Positions 26,600 to 40,845 of a stretch of 64,000 bases of DNA are shown in pieces. The DNA lies in assembly GCF_006345805.1 (NCBI RefSeq), contig NC_043009.1, positions 33,108,001-33,172,000 on the forward strand, written 5' to 3'. The stretch comes from Octopus sinensis. Taxonomy: Eukaryota. The position numbers were made by a program, and so were the translations under genes. The notes under the pieces were generated by a model. That model was given only the letters and a program-made list of their open reading frames with translations. It did not search any database and was not told the DNA's origin. Every line of letters starts with the position of its first letter. The stretch's first letter is position 1.

Positions 26600-27030
26600 A
26601 ATAATTTCTTAAGTAACGAAAAGTTGAATTTGATATTAATCTTTATTTTGTACAATGGTCGTTTCGACCCATCCTGCTTACTGTTCCTTATGGGTGGGAT
26701 CCTGTTCAACATGTGTTGCATCCATTTTGCAGCCTGCTTCTCATCAGGTACATAAAGGTTTGGGTTTCATTAAAGATCCTGAGTTTTGGCTGGCATGTAT
26801 AGAGACGGGCAAATAACAACATGCCAGCCAAAACTCAGGATCTTTAATGAGACCCAAACCTTTATGTATGGATGTACTTGATGAGAACCAGGCTGCAAAC
26901 TGGACATAACACAACATGTTGAACTGGGTCCCACCCATAAGGGACAATAAGCAGGATAGGTTGAAATGACTATTGTACAAAATAAAGATTAATACCAAAT
27001 CCATCTTCTGGTAACTTAACAAAATATTAT
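26600..27030. mobile_element. Diverged fold-back hairpin (probable PLE pseudo-LTR) with a split hammerhead-like motif
   Basis: About 200-bp inverted arms (26600-26798 / 26819-27030). The left arm on the minus strand reads UGUAC CUGAUGA-[75 nt]-GAAACGACCAUU GUACA. Confidence 0.75.
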
Positions 27031-27208
27031 TATTACTATTATTATTATTATTATTATTATTATTATCATTATTATTATTTTATTATCTCAACTAATACCG
27101 CGGAAATCCTGAAGTAGATCCAACGGAAACAAATCCCGACTGCGGATAACACCAGGTAGCCCAAACTGTACCACTTCTCTACTCAACACTTCAACACACC
27201 AAAAATAT

Positions 27209-27243
<35 letters not shown>

Positions 27244-27277
27244 CTAATATATATATGTATGTATGTATGTATGTATA

Positions 27278-28290
27278 CTAGGTCTGATCAATAAGTATCC
27301 GGATTGGTGTTATAAAAACAAAACTACAGCACGTACCAATTTGGCAATTTATCTCCTTCAAAGTCGTCCGCTTCGGAAGTCACACACTTAATCCAGCGTT
27401 GTTTCCGTTGATGGCAGTATTCCTGGAATTCGTTTTCTGAGATATTCAGCAGCTGCCTTGTCGCATTCAATTTTATTTCCTCGACGTCCTGAACTCTTCT
27501 TTCTCTCAAGCAGGATTTGATTTTTGGAAAGAGGAAAAAGCTAGTTAGTGGCGAGATCTGGGGACTGCGGATGCTGTCGAGCCTGGGGAATGCTGTGCCT
27601 ATCCAAAAACTGCTGCTGAATGGGCAGGTGCGTTGTCATTGTGCAACTGCTACTCACCGGGCGCATGCAATTGCGGCCTTTTGCAACCAATAGCATCCTG
27701 CAATCGCCGCAATACGTCACGGTAGCACTCCTTGTTTGCAGGCTGACCAGGTAGAGCTTACTCATGATGAACAATCCTCTTGTAATCGACACGTTCAACA
27801 GTGGCTTCATATTGCTTCGACTCATTTGCGTTTTCTTCGGTCTCGGAGAGGTTGGGGTCTTCCACTGCGAAGAGTGAGCCTTTGTTCCGGGATCATACCC
27901 ACGATTCATCACCCGTTATGACCGTTTCGAAAACGTTTTCATCGTTTTCGACACAATCAAGAAGATCTTGTGCAACTGAAACCCGAGTGTTTATTTTGTC
28001 AGGTGAAAGCAGTTTTGGCACAAATTTGGCAGACACACCTCTTGACATCTTCAGTAATAATGGACTGAACTGAACCGTAACTAATCTGCACATCTTCTGA
28101 TAACTCACGGAGGGGATTCGACAATATTCCCTCATAGCTTCACGCACATCTACGGTGTTTTTCTCAGTTCTGCTGGTTGCGGGTCACCCAGAACTTTCGT
28201 CAATATCAACATTTTGTAGGCCATCTTGAAAATGTCTGAACTACTCGTACACTTGTGTGCGTCTCATACACTATTCTCAATAGACATGCA
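27278..28290 (-). mobile_element. mariner (DD34D) relic with one TIR retained
   Basis: TA-CTAGGTCTGATCAATAAGT terminus. Peptides AKFVPKLLS, VITGDESWV, GYDPGTKAHSSQW and HPQSPDLA lie across frameshifts. Confidence 0.9.
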
Positions 28291-28339
28291 TACGCACATA
28301 CATACATATATATACATATGCATATATATATATGTATAA

Positions 28340-28414
<75 letters not shown>

Positions 28415-28458
28415 AACAAAGTAGGCTAAACAAGTATCTCCACATGAAAACTTGTGTA

Positions 28459-28711
28459 TGCGAATAAATGAATGATGTAAGAAAGTCTTAACGGCTGTTT
28501 CGGATAATGTTGTAATTTATGGGCAAGCAGATATTTTGAGACACCTCTGATGTGAAGCTATATTATCATTAGAATACTCTGACAAAAAGCGAGTCTACAT
28601 ACCAACACTATTATGAGACTACATTACATTTTATACAAGGTTATGGCGTCAGTCATTTTTATACGAAACAGCTGTAAAGACAAACTTAATTACATCATTC
28701 ACTTATCTGCA
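28459..28711. mobile_element. Old fold-back PLE pseudo-LTR relic with the 3' half of a hammerhead
   Basis: Imperfect ~50-bp inverted repeat (28459-28508 / 28659-28711) containing CGAAACAGCTGTA (palindromic stem III plus GUA). Confidence 0.55.
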
Positions 28712-29011
28712 GACGTCACTTTTTAATATAAATAAACTTCTTAAGTCTACTATTGTTTATCTATTGTTTCTGTTTCCATAGCATTTGACGATAATCATGT
28801 TCATAGACTACTTTCAGCATCAGAGCTACCTGCCCTTGATGAACGAGATGAAGTGTAAGTCTCGGATTTATTCAAGCACAACTTAGTGACTATCTATCCC
28901 ATGCGTATTTAACATTCTTTAACACATCATTTAGGTGTGTGTGTGTAAGTATGTATGTATATATTTGTAAATATGTATGTATACATATGTGCGTACATAC
29001 GTATATACATG

Positions 29012-29049
<38 letters not shown>

Positions 29050-30077
29050 AATTACTTACATATAGACATGCATATATATTAACGTATATATGTATATATT
29101 ATATTATACATAAGCATAAATACACACACACACACATACATATATATATAATCACGTGCGCGTATAGACATACGCCTGTTTAATATATATAAATATATAT
29201 ATATATATATATTCACCTGTATATATAGATCTATGCACATGGAGATATTGCGGTGTGTATACGTATTCATGTGAGTTTGTGCGTATTTGTGAGTCTGTGT
29301 AAACCCGTTAATGACCACCCAAGAGAAGTAAACCTGGAGATAGCGGTAGTTTGACAGACAGGCTGTGTTTGCTGGTGTGAAGCGAATGGAGAAGGGCAGA
29401 TAGGAGGAGGACAGAAAGAGAAAGTAGTTGTGGTCGGAGGGTGAGTAGGAGGAGGAGGAGGAGGGTGATGATGATGAGGAGGAGGAGGAGGAGGAAATAT
29501 AGTTTTAGTAGTAGTAAGATGAGGAATAGAAAATGAAAGGGTGGGAGGTGTGTTATGGGAGAAAAGAGAACAGTTGTATGAATAGAAAAAATAGTGTAAT
29601 AATATAGAGAGAGAAAGAGAGAGGGTGAATGAGAGGAAGTTGATTGGGACCTGGTACACAGTGGTTGCTACAGAGGCGATTCGAACCGGTATCGCCTTGG
29701 TAATGTTGCGAACTGATTTGTAAATGTGTGAGATTGATAGAGAAGCAGAGCTGGAGAAATGGATGAATTGAGAGGAGAGGTGTGAGACAGAGTTTGTATC
29801 GGAGTAGGAGGGTCGTTGTTGATAGAACCATGTTGTACAGAAAGGTGGTTGGTCAAAGCGAAGTAAATTGAGGAAGAGGTTGTTGTTTAGACCAAAAGCA
29901 TTCCAACCGTGGCCATCTCGTTTGGTTTTAGATATAGAGTATCTGCGCCTACAATATTTGATACATGTTTTTTTTCTTTGTTTTTGTTTTAAGCCGAAAA
30001 CAGTGTAATTTGAGGGACAATTAGCTGCTATTTCACCTAAATCAAAGAGATTCTATAGAATCTCTTCAGTTGGTTTA

Positions 30078-30080
30078 GCA

Positions 30081-30129
<49 letters not shown>

Positions 30130-30814
30130 TTGCTGCTGCTGCTGTTGTTGCTGCTGCTGCTGTTGCTGCTGCTGTTGCTGCTGCTGTTGTCGTTAATGTT
30201 TTCATTGTTGTTATTGATGTTGCTGCTGCTGCTTCCGTTGCTGCTGCTTCTGTTGCTGCTGCTGCTGTTGCTGGTGCTGCTGATGGTGTCATTGGTGTTC
30301 ATGTGGCTGCTGTTGTGATCGTTGTTGTTGCGGATAGTGGTGGCGGCGGCGGTGGAGACGATGCTGCTGGCGGAGGCGCTGGTGTGTGTGTGTGTGTGTG
30401 TGTGTGACGATTCCGTTGCTGCTGTTTCTGCTGATGACGCTGGCGGCGCTAATGATGGTACGTCGCTGTTGCTTGGTTTCCTCTTGCTTCAGTTTAGTGT
30501 TGCTGTCAGACATTGTTGTTCTTGTTGTTGTTGTTGTTGCTGCTGCTGCTGGTGCTGCTACTGCAGTTCGTGCGGGGACTGGTGGTGGTGGGGAGGGATC
30601 CTGCCGCCGTTGTCGCTGTGAAGGTGTTTTCGTATGGTGGGAATGATGTGGCGGAGGTGGGTTGCATAGGTGATGATGATGATGATGATGATGACGATGA
30701 TGACGATGATGATGATGACGACGACGACGATGGAGATAATGGTGATGATGATGATGATGTTGACGACGACGACGATGATGATGATGATGATGACGAAGAC
30801 GATGGTGATAATGG

Positions 30815-30861
<47 letters not shown>

Positions 30862-30960
30862 GCGACGACGACGATGATGATGGTGATGATGATGACGACG
30901 AGGAGGAGGACTATGATTATGAAAATGATGATAATGACGACGGAGATGTTGACAACGGTG
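30078..30960. repeat. (CTG/TTG)n and (GAT/GAC)n trinucleotide repeat block
   Basis: Direct inspection. Confidence 0.95.
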
Positions 30961-31855
30961 GTTATGTAGACGTTATTCCCTCTGTGTGTTGGGTGTTACT
31001 AAAGAGTTCCTGCCCGAAGCCTTCACCACAGTCCTCCTCACCCAACACACACACACACACATGTACACATACGTGTGTGCCTATGAATATACATCCACAC
31101 ATGCATATTTATAGGTATGTATGTATGTATGTATGTATGTATGTATGCATGCATGTATGTATGTATGTATGTATGTGTATATGCATGCATGTATGTATCT
31201 TTATGCTTATGCATGGATGTATGTATGCATGTATGCATGTATGTATGTATGTATGTATGTATGTATGTATGTATGTATGTACGTACATATGTATGTATGT
31301 ATGTATGTATGTATGTGTGTGTGTATGTATGTATGTGTATGAATGTGTGTATGGATGCGTGTGTGTACATGTGTGGGACACCGTTTAAAGAATTTTCTGT
31401 CGACCGAATCGATCTCAGTACCCTTTTCTTGAAGTACCTACTCTATCGGTTTTGTTGCCCAACTGTTAAAGTACGAGGATGTAAATACAACTACACCGGT
31501 TTTCTAGCATGGTGCGAGACAACCAGAAGGAACACACAGGCGTGCATACCACATATATGTGTGTGTGTGTGTGTGTGCGTTTCTGTGTCTGCGTGTGTTT
31601 GTGTGTGTGGGTGTACATTTATCAATCTATATATCTATATAGCTGTCTGTGCGTATGTCTTTCTACCTATTTAGCTAGATATTTCTCAGTTTGCGCATGT
31701 GTGGGTGTGTGCGTGCGCGCACGTGTGTGTATGTGTGTGCACAGAGAGAGAGAGAGAGAGAGACAGAGAGACACACACACACGCATACGCTCACCATACA
31801 CAGAAACACACAGCCTCAAATGTACCTATCGCTTCTCTCTCCCCCTTTCTATCTC

Positions 31856-31920
<65 letters not shown>

Positions 31921-32109
31921 CTCTCGTTCTCTCTTTTCCTATTTGACTATTTACAAGTTTATCAGACTGCCGATATGTATGTGTACGCGTGTCCCTGTGT
32001 GTGCGTACTGCATGCACATCTGTGTATTTCTATATACTATGTCTATAAATGTATGTGTGTGTGTATATATTATATATATATATACGTATGTACATACATA
32101 TGTACATAA

Positions 32110-32167
<58 letters not shown>

Positions 32168-34199
32168 TATATATATATATATATACGCAAATATATATAT
32201 ATACATATATAAATTACATATAAATATATATGCGCATATATATATACATATATGTACATATGTGTGTGTGCGCGTATATGTACATATACTTTACGCATGC
32301 GCATATAATACGCACACAAACTCACACACAAGCGCTCGTGCAGTAACTTTTTCTAAGACTGTCGCACGGAATGGAGCCTTGCAGCGTATCGTTTCCCAGG
32401 GTTTCAGTTTGACATTTATATTGATGGGCAAACATATCTGCGGAATACTCAACCTTTTATTTGTTAAGAGTAGAAAGTTCATTGGATCGAATAAAATCTT
32501 GTTCCTCATCGAAATATTAGACTTTCCACCTCTTTCCCTTACTTCATTCAATTTTATCCTTATTGTTTTGTATTCCCATATTGTGTCCCTTCCCTTTCAG
32601 TGTAAATATAATTATTTAAACAATATCTCTTAACGCTGTGTTGTACATAAACTAATAGTGTATCATTATGGAAAAAAACCTTCAAATATTTAGTTATGAA
32701 AATAGGTTTTTCTACCATGGTTCTCGCCGAATTTATGGCCGCTTCATATAGCAGCTGATCTATAGTGATGATTGCAGAAATAGGCCCTATGTATTTTCTC
32801 TGAGGAGCGGTCAACAAAAAGTGAAATTGTCCGTTAGGAGACTTCATTGCTCTATTTCTTTTTCGCACATCAATATCATACAAATTCATTTCTGTTTACA
32901 TTATTATTTAACCTTCAGTGAGGCTCAATAATATCTAAATTTATTCTATTTCTTACAATATCTTGGCTCAAATTCTTCAGTCTTCTCGCTACTAATTTAT
33001 TATTGGGTTAAATAGAGAAGTCGTTCGGTCAGTTTTTGCTGGAAGGAATTATTATTGACAATGAAATATTCATGAGTCCACGGGGTGGGTAGCCTTTATA
33101 CAGCTGCTCTGCTTTGTTAAAAATATTAGCTAAGTCTAAACACTACCACCACCACAAACAACTACTACAACTACTATTACTACGGCTACAACTGAAACCA
33201 ACGAGAGAACCTCTATGAGGTCGCACGACCTGCTAGACACAGCAGCAACCAATCCTACCTAAAATCACCCCAACCGTCTTTGAAAACAAGGACATGTTTG
33301 ATATTGTGTTCCTCAGGATCCCAGGATTATAAGACAGAAGCTGAATCCTATAAGACATTGTGTCCAGTGTTCTTGTATCGAATCGATATTGATTTCCGTT
33401 GATTGATTAGCATAGTGATTGATTGATATTCTGCTAGTAAGGAAGATAACCCATTCAGCAATACTTATTTGACAGCCCCTGCTGCAGTCAGTGGTTAATT
33501 TCACTGCGTCAACATTTAAAAGTGAATCGGAGAAATGAAATAATTTAGTACGGCGCTCCTCTGTTTCTACTTTGTATTCTGAAATATATAAGAACATGCA
33601 CATCATAGAGCAACAGTAGAGGCTACAGCTGTAGTATCATCAACAACGATATCACTATCTTCGTCATCAACAGCACGACGAATATCACCACCATCATCAA
33701 TATCATCATCATCATCATCATCAACAACAACAACTATATCAACAGCATTATCATCGGTTGTGGTCGTCATCCTCATCATCATCATCAACTTCCTCAATAT
33801 CAATGTTATTCCCTTCACCACCACCACCACCATCATCATCACCATTAATGTACTAACGATGACCTTCATGTCACTCGACTTGCAAGAAATAACAACCAAA
33901 TCTCTCTTTAATCACACAGTGTTGCCTTTAAGATGACACATTAGGTCATCTATCCAATAATATGGGATAGTCACGAATGGAAGCTCATTGATTATAGATG
34001 TCACTTGGATCAAATAAAAAAAAACAATGATGAGCATAATGTAGTGTCAGCAACAACTACATACTACTGCTGCTGCTGCTACTGCTGCTGCTACCACTGG
34101 TGCTGCTAAGTTATCGTCAAAACTGCGATTTGCCAAGATTCTGTTGAAGAATCTAAGAACCAGAATATTTGTCCAAAACTTACGTAATTAAAATCTTCC

Positions 34200-34345
34200 A
34201 ATACATTATTAATAATGAATATTTTCCAACTTAACACAATCTTGACTATTCCAATTAAAAGTTCTGATGATAAACGAGAAGATTTGATCCTGAGATGAAA
34301 TTTCATTAGAATTGGAATTACCAAAATGTAGAATTTAATTCATTT
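34200..34345 (+). pseudogene. Possible hAT transposase dimerisation-domain relic
   Basis: TILTIPIKSSDDKR and GITKM*NL weakly resemble LTIPxSSAxxER and IKTKxRNRL. Confidence 0.3.
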
Positions 34346-34682
34346 CTTTCACACCTCCAACGACTAAGCTCTCCTCATTTCGTTTCTAATTAACAGATTT
34401 TTTTTGAGAATATATAAAATTATATCTATTTAGTATTGATTATTGATTAAAATATTTGGAAACATTTTACTTGGCAGGTAGCGGAAACGGATCGCCCCCA
34501 AAGAAACCAGAACTTAACTTCCAAAAACAGCCAACGCCAAGTGGAAGTCTCTAGAGAAATGACTGTCTTGCTGGAACCTTCCAACAATAGTTGTAATAAC
34601 TGTGATGGTGGAATGTATTTTAATACTTAGACAGGTGTTATTTAGCAACAATAGACAAACAAACAGAGAGACAGACAGATAT

Positions 34683-34761
<79 letters not shown>

Positions 34762-34921
34762 TTCTGGACATGGAACTGTAGCACTTATATCTTGTAAAAG
34801 TCATTTTAACCATTAAATATTCACAAAGAAGCAATTACATTTATTTCTAATATATTTCTTGAGATGTCAGATGTTTCGTTGATTGCCACCACGTGATCAC
34901 TGGCATAGTAGCTGTGTGTAT

Positions 34922-34953
<32 letters not shown>

Positions 34954-35499
34954 TCAATAACGAATTAAAAGCAGCGTTAATATTGTAAAACATTATCGTC
35001 TCCACATACTCAAAATATGTGTTTTTTTCTTTTGTTCGCCGGTTAGCTGCGGTATAGCGCTTGAGGGATAACTGGGTGTTATAAAGCTGAGTGTTAAATC
35101 GCATGAAAGACATAGACAGACGGAACAACGTGCCTCGAACGAATTCAGGAATGATGGATACCAATATATTTCGTCAAGTTTTGTGGCTTAACGACATCAC
35201 GTGCCTGAATCGAACCGGGAACGAATCGAATCGCCAGTCTATGACAATGCATAAATATTTAACCTCACTTCAACTTGGAAGTTCTGTTAGAACAAATTTT
35301 ACTGCAATAGATACGATGAGAGAAACCTTCATATTGCCTTTCGGTACCCAAATGCACGCTTGTTTAATACTGCTTGTGTCGCTAATATATGTGCGTGTGT
35401 GTGTATGTGTGTGTGTCTGGTTGTGTATGTATGTATGTATATTAGAATATGTTTGCCAACTAAATATAGCGCTCAGAGTTTTAATATAGCCTATATATA

Positions 35500-36750
35500 T
35501 TAGATTGTTTCGAAAATAATGGCCGCTCTAAGTGTTGAGTTTTGAAACGCAATTTTGTCTTAGTATTTTAATTATATTTTAGGTGGATTTCGACATACTT
35601 AATAATTGATGTATGCTCTTCAATAATTTTTTAATTATTTCAGGTAGAAAACATTCTTGAAGCATAGGCGCCCTTAATTATGAAAATGACAAAAAAAATG
35701 ACCTTCGCTTCCTTTTCTTGCGTGAGTTCAAGCTTGGGCACAATACCTCCCAAACTGCTGCCAATATCAACAGAGTATGAGGAGAGGGATTCACTAGTGA
35801 TCGCACAGTACGAAGGTGGCTTCAGAAATTCCGTAGTGATGATGAGAGCCTTGAAGATGAAGAAGTTAGAGAACAGACATGCAGTCTTGAAAATGAACAG
35901 TTGAAAGCAATTGTTGGACAAAACCTACGCCAAAGTGTCAGAGAAATGTCTCATGCACTTGGTGTCGGTATTGCAGAAGAGTGGTAAGGTGAATAAGCTT
36001 GATAAATGGGTACCGCATGAGCTCAATGAAAATCAAAATGTTCGGCATATGCTCGATATTCTTACTGGGAAACACCAATGCTCCTTTTCTTGACCGAATA
36101 GTCACTTGTGATGAAAAGTGGATCCTTTATGATAACCATAAATTATCAGGTCAATGGCTTGATTGTGATGAGTGTCCCAAACATTTCCCAAAGCGAAAGT
36201 TGCTTCAGCAAAAGATTATGGTGACTGTCTGGTGGTCTGCAATTGGTATTGTCCATTACAGGTTTCTTGAAGCCAATCAGAGCATTACAGCAGAGGTTTA
36301 CTACAATCAATTCGCTGGAATGCATAATCACTTGCAAAAAATAAGACCTGCTTTGGTGAATCGGCGTGGCCCAATTTTTCTCAACGATAATGCAAGCCAC
36401 ATGTTGCATGAATGACGCTACAGAAACTCAGACTAGGGATACGAGACTTTATCTCATCCTCAATATTCTCCTGATCTTTCACCTACTGACTACCATTTTT
36501 TTAAAGCATTTAAACACGTTTTAAGTGATAAAACGTTCTGGTCCAAACCAAGGTGGAATCAGCTTTCAAAAATTTCTTAGCATCAAAACCAATAAGTTTT
36601 TATCAACGAGGAATAAATAATCTCGTTGATTGATGGCAGAGATGCAAAGATATTCACGGCTCATACTTTGACTAATCAAAATATTTCTATTGCCAATTTT
36701 ACCAGAATAAAATTATGTTTCTGAAATCGCCTATTATTTTCGGAAAGGTG
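35500..36750 (+). mobile_element. Near full-length defective mariner (DD34D, cecropia/Hsmar1-like)
   Basis: About 1.25 kb with peptides FKLGHNTSQTAANIN, WVPHELNENQ, IVTCDEKWILYDN, FLNDNA and YSPDLSPTDYHFF. Imperfect TIR remnants CGAAAATAAT / ATTATTTTCG. Confidence 0.92.
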
Positions 36751-36754
36751 TTTT

Positions 36755-37625
36755 ATACTTTTACATGTTTCCACCATTTGACTGCACCCATGCTGGGGCA
36801 CCGCTTTGAATAAATTGACTCCAGGACTTTTTAAAGCCTAGAACTTATTCTATCAGTTTCTTTTGCCGAACCGCTTGTCAAGCGGTGGTGGGGAACACAC
36901 ACAGACACACACATATATATTCATTTATTCTTTTACTTGCTTTAGTCATTTGACTGTGGCCATGCTGGAGCACCGCTTGAATGGGTTTTAGTCGAATGAA
37001 TCGATTCCCATGACTTATCTTCTTAGACCTAGTACTTATTCTATCGGTCTCTTGCTCGTAAAATTAAGGGCAAGTGGCTGATATTCCACAGGAACAAATA
37101 CCTTTAATCTCAGGGAGATTCAGCCCGCTACAGAATGTGACAAGGCTGGCCCTTTTAAATAACAGGTACTATTCATTTTTTGCCAGTTGAGTGGACTGGA
37201 GCAACGCGAAATAAATTGCCTTGCTCAAGAGGCACAACGCACCGCCGGGAATCGAACTCATGTCTTTACGATCGTGGGCCGCTAAGCCACTCACCTTCAC
37301 ATCCTTAATGAGTGTCTGCTATTAATCTTTCTACCAACACTCCCTTTTTAATCGTGCTACGTGATTTGAATTATGCTAACTGTGTATCAATCAGCGGATT
37401 CTGAGAGAGAGGGGCGGGCTCTTACGTTATGGGACATCGCCATGAAGAATTTTTAAGCGAGTATATATAACGGGCTTCTTTTAGTTTCCGTCTGCCAAAT
37501 CCACTCACAAGGTTTGGTTCAACCCGAGGCTACAGTAGAAGACACCTGCCCAAGGTTCTATACAGTGAAACTGAACCCAGAACCATGTGATCAGGAAGCA
37601 AACTTCTTACCACACAGCCACGCTG
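36755..37625 (-). mobile_element. Cluster of SINE fragments (family B pieces and a family C-like copy at 37052-37300)
   Basis: Matches to family B tail and head segments and to the family C GTGACAAGGCTGGCCC segment. Confidence 0.75.
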
Positions 37626-38150
37626 GTGATTGTAACCATCACAGGATTACTTAATTGTGATGGTTAAAATTGACTAAAAACTTCAGAAACCTGCATAGAC
37701 AATCAGAAATTTAATTAGTACCCATAGAATATGATTGCAATGCAAGGATAGCCTCGTTGTGTACAAACAGGTACCACGTATAAGGTATACTTTGCGTTAT
37801 AAAGGGAAGTTTCCTTTGTGGAATTTTTTCGGGAGTTAGATATGACCTGGCAGTAATTATTCCGACTGCTTGATCTATGAGTTCAAACCACGAGGTGTAC
37901 ACAGCCTTTCATATACTTCTGGGGCTGATCAAATAACGTACCAATCAAGTCTTGTACGTGATCCTTCGTTCCCTTCTCTCTTTCTCTTTCTCCCTCCTCT
38001 CTCTTTCTCTATCTCTCTATCTATCTATCTGTCTGTTTGTCTATTTATCTATCTATCCGTCTCTCTGCCTGCCTGTCTATCTGTCTGTTTGTATATCTAT
38101 CTATATATCTCTGTCTATCAATCTGTTTGTCTATTTATCTAGCCGTCTAT

Positions 38151-38200
<50 letters not shown>

Positions 38201-38209
38201 ACCTGCCTA

Positions 38210-38245
<36 letters not shown>

Positions 38246-39289
38246 CTTGTCTGTTCGTCTGCTTTCTGCGAATCGCCTATGCTGCATTTTAAGAGGTTCG
38301 TTGATTTGGGGCAACCATTCACTGGATTTCCTCTCTCTAAGAAACAAAGACGAGTCGAGCGAGGAACAACTAATCTCTTCTCATTTAGAATGACACAAAA
38401 ATTAACCACAGAAAACAAACACTGTGGACTTAGACAGACAGCTATGTACAGTTCGGCTTGGAACGGCTTAAAATACAATAATTAAATAAAAACCTGCCTG
38501 ACATGACATTTGAAATTACCCCCAAAACACTCTGGAATGAACTATGAATGTATTAATCCTATGATGGAATTTATCAATAAACTTCATTGATCTTAAGTGA
38601 AAGCCATTTATCGATGATCTTGATCGGTTTTTCACCTGTGTATTCATTAATAATTTATTTACAGTGAATACCTGCTTTTGGGTAAATCAAAAGTTCGTTG
38701 ACGAATTCGGGAAATCAAGCAAACCCCACCACCAAAGACATCAACGAGGATGCCTCTATGTGGACGCTAACAATGTTAGAAATAGCAGCGAAAGTACTGT
38801 AAGATTACGCTCTGCATTCAGAAAAGGGATACGCTGGACCACCTGGCCGAAGGCTTCCTTATACATACAAGAGGGGAAGGTCATGACCGGGATGCGTTTG
38901 ATCATTGAGTTTTTCAATCAAGGTTTGTCAGGGGCAAAACACCGGCAACGATGCGGGTGTCTATATGTGGTCGCATTAACTTGCTAGAAAGAGCAGCCAA
39001 ATCTTCGGGTGAGTGCATTACAATCACACACAAACTACTTAAACACATTTAAAAAAAAATACGATAGTCACATGACGCAACGAGATTCGCGAGGCACTGT
39101 GTCCGAGCAGGAGGCGTTGTTGTCACGGTTGGAATATATTTGATCATTATTCGGCCTGATCAGGGCTGACCTAGCATTAACAACAACACCAGCAGCATCT
39201 ACAACACACTAGAAGTACGAAGTGTGAATATAGGAAAGAGTTTGATTGAATAACAAAAGGGAACTCGTTAATGTAGCTTGGCTCCTTCT

Positions 39290-39883
39290 TCTTCATCTTT
39301 TCTCGACCTCCTTCTCCTCCTTTTCCTGTTTTCTCTTCTCTTTCTTGTTTTCCTTCGTTTCCTCTCCTCCTCAGCCTCCTCAGCCTCATCATCCTCATCC
39401 TACTCATCCTTCTTTTTTCCTCCTCCTTCTTCTTCGTCTTCTTCTTCTTCTTCTTCTTCTTCTTCTTCTTCTTCTTCGTCTTCTTCTTTCTTCTTCTTCT
39501 TTCTTCTTCTTCTCCTTCTTCTTCTTCTTTCTTCTTCTCCTTCTTCTTCTTCTTTGTTCTTCTTCTTCTCTTTTCTTCTTCTTCTTTCTTCTTCTTTCTT
39601 CTTCTTCTCCTTCTTCTTCTCCTTCTTCTTCTTCTTCTTCTTCTCCTTCTTCTCCTTCTTCTTCTTCTCCTCCTCCTCCTCCTTCTTCTTCTTCTTCTTC
39701 TTCTTCTTCTTCTTCTTCTTCTTCTTCTTCTTCTTCTTCTTCTTCTTCATCTTCTTCTTCTTCTTCAGTAGGTCACAATTATTGAAATTCTATGTCAGTT
39801 CACCACCACAAAGAGAAGAAGACCAGAAGAAGAAGAAGAAGAAGAAGAAGAGAGAAGAAGAAGAAGAGGGAAGAAGAAGAAGA

Positions 39884-39914
<31 letters not shown>

Positions 39915-39960
39915 AAGAAGAAGAAGAGAGAAGAAGAAGAAGAAGAAGAAAAAGAAAGGA
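39290..39960. repeat. (TTC)n tract followed by (GAA)n tract
   Basis: Direct inspection. Confidence 0.95.
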
Positions 39961-40845
39961 AATAGAAAAAAGTCCCTGCCAAAGCGAAATCAATTAACAA
40001 TCGCTCGCCACACACACACACACACGTACGCACATGCACGCACATACACATTTTCTATCCTCCCTATCTCTCTCTCTCTCTCTCTTTCTCGCTCTCTCCA
40101 TCTTTCTCTATACTTTCTTTTTTTCTTCATTACTCTTTCTTTTTCTCTTTCCTTCTCTCCCCACTCTTTCTCTATTCGCTTCTCTCTCTCTCTTTCTCTT
40201 TCATTCTTCCTCTCTCTCTCTCTTTCTCGCTCTCTCCATCTTTCTCTATACTTCTTTTTTTCTTCATTACTCTCTTCTTTTTCTCTTTCCTTCTCTCCCC
40301 ACTCTTTCTCTATTCGCTTCTCTCTCTCTCTTTCTCTTTCATTCTTCCCTCTCTCTCTCTCTTTCTCTCTAAATGCAGGCGATAAGCGATTCTTAAAGGA
40401 AAACTCGTCTACAATAATATTCCGATTTACTTCTCCACTAACAGTGTGTGTATCACACCTTTATACACAAACACACGTTCACATACACGTATGTACGTAC
40501 ACACACACACACAGACACATATCTATTTGTGTGTGTGTCCGCGTGTGTGTATATTGCTAGTGAGTGCACACGTACACAGATATGCGCCGCAGTAATAAAC
40601 GGGTCAGCGAAAATTCGAAAATGCAAATGAGCACGCGCCAGCGACATGTGGCGTGGGTGCATGTGTACGCTTGTGTGTGTGTCTGTGTGTCCGTGCATGT
40701 GTGTGTCTGTGTGTCTGTGTGTCTGTGTGTCTGTGCGTGTGCGTGTGTGTGAATGATATAGGCATTCTTGTATTTCGCTGCACATTTTTACTGTACGAGA
40801 AAGCCCGTGTGTGGGAATGTGAGTATATTATATATATATATATAT

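Noticed and set aside
30513-31388. 291-aa ORF with apparent signal peptide and poly-Asp
   Set aside because: Built from (TTG/CTG), (GAT/GAC) and (TATG) repeats, with no domain or splice evidence. The open frame is a by-product of triplet repeats.
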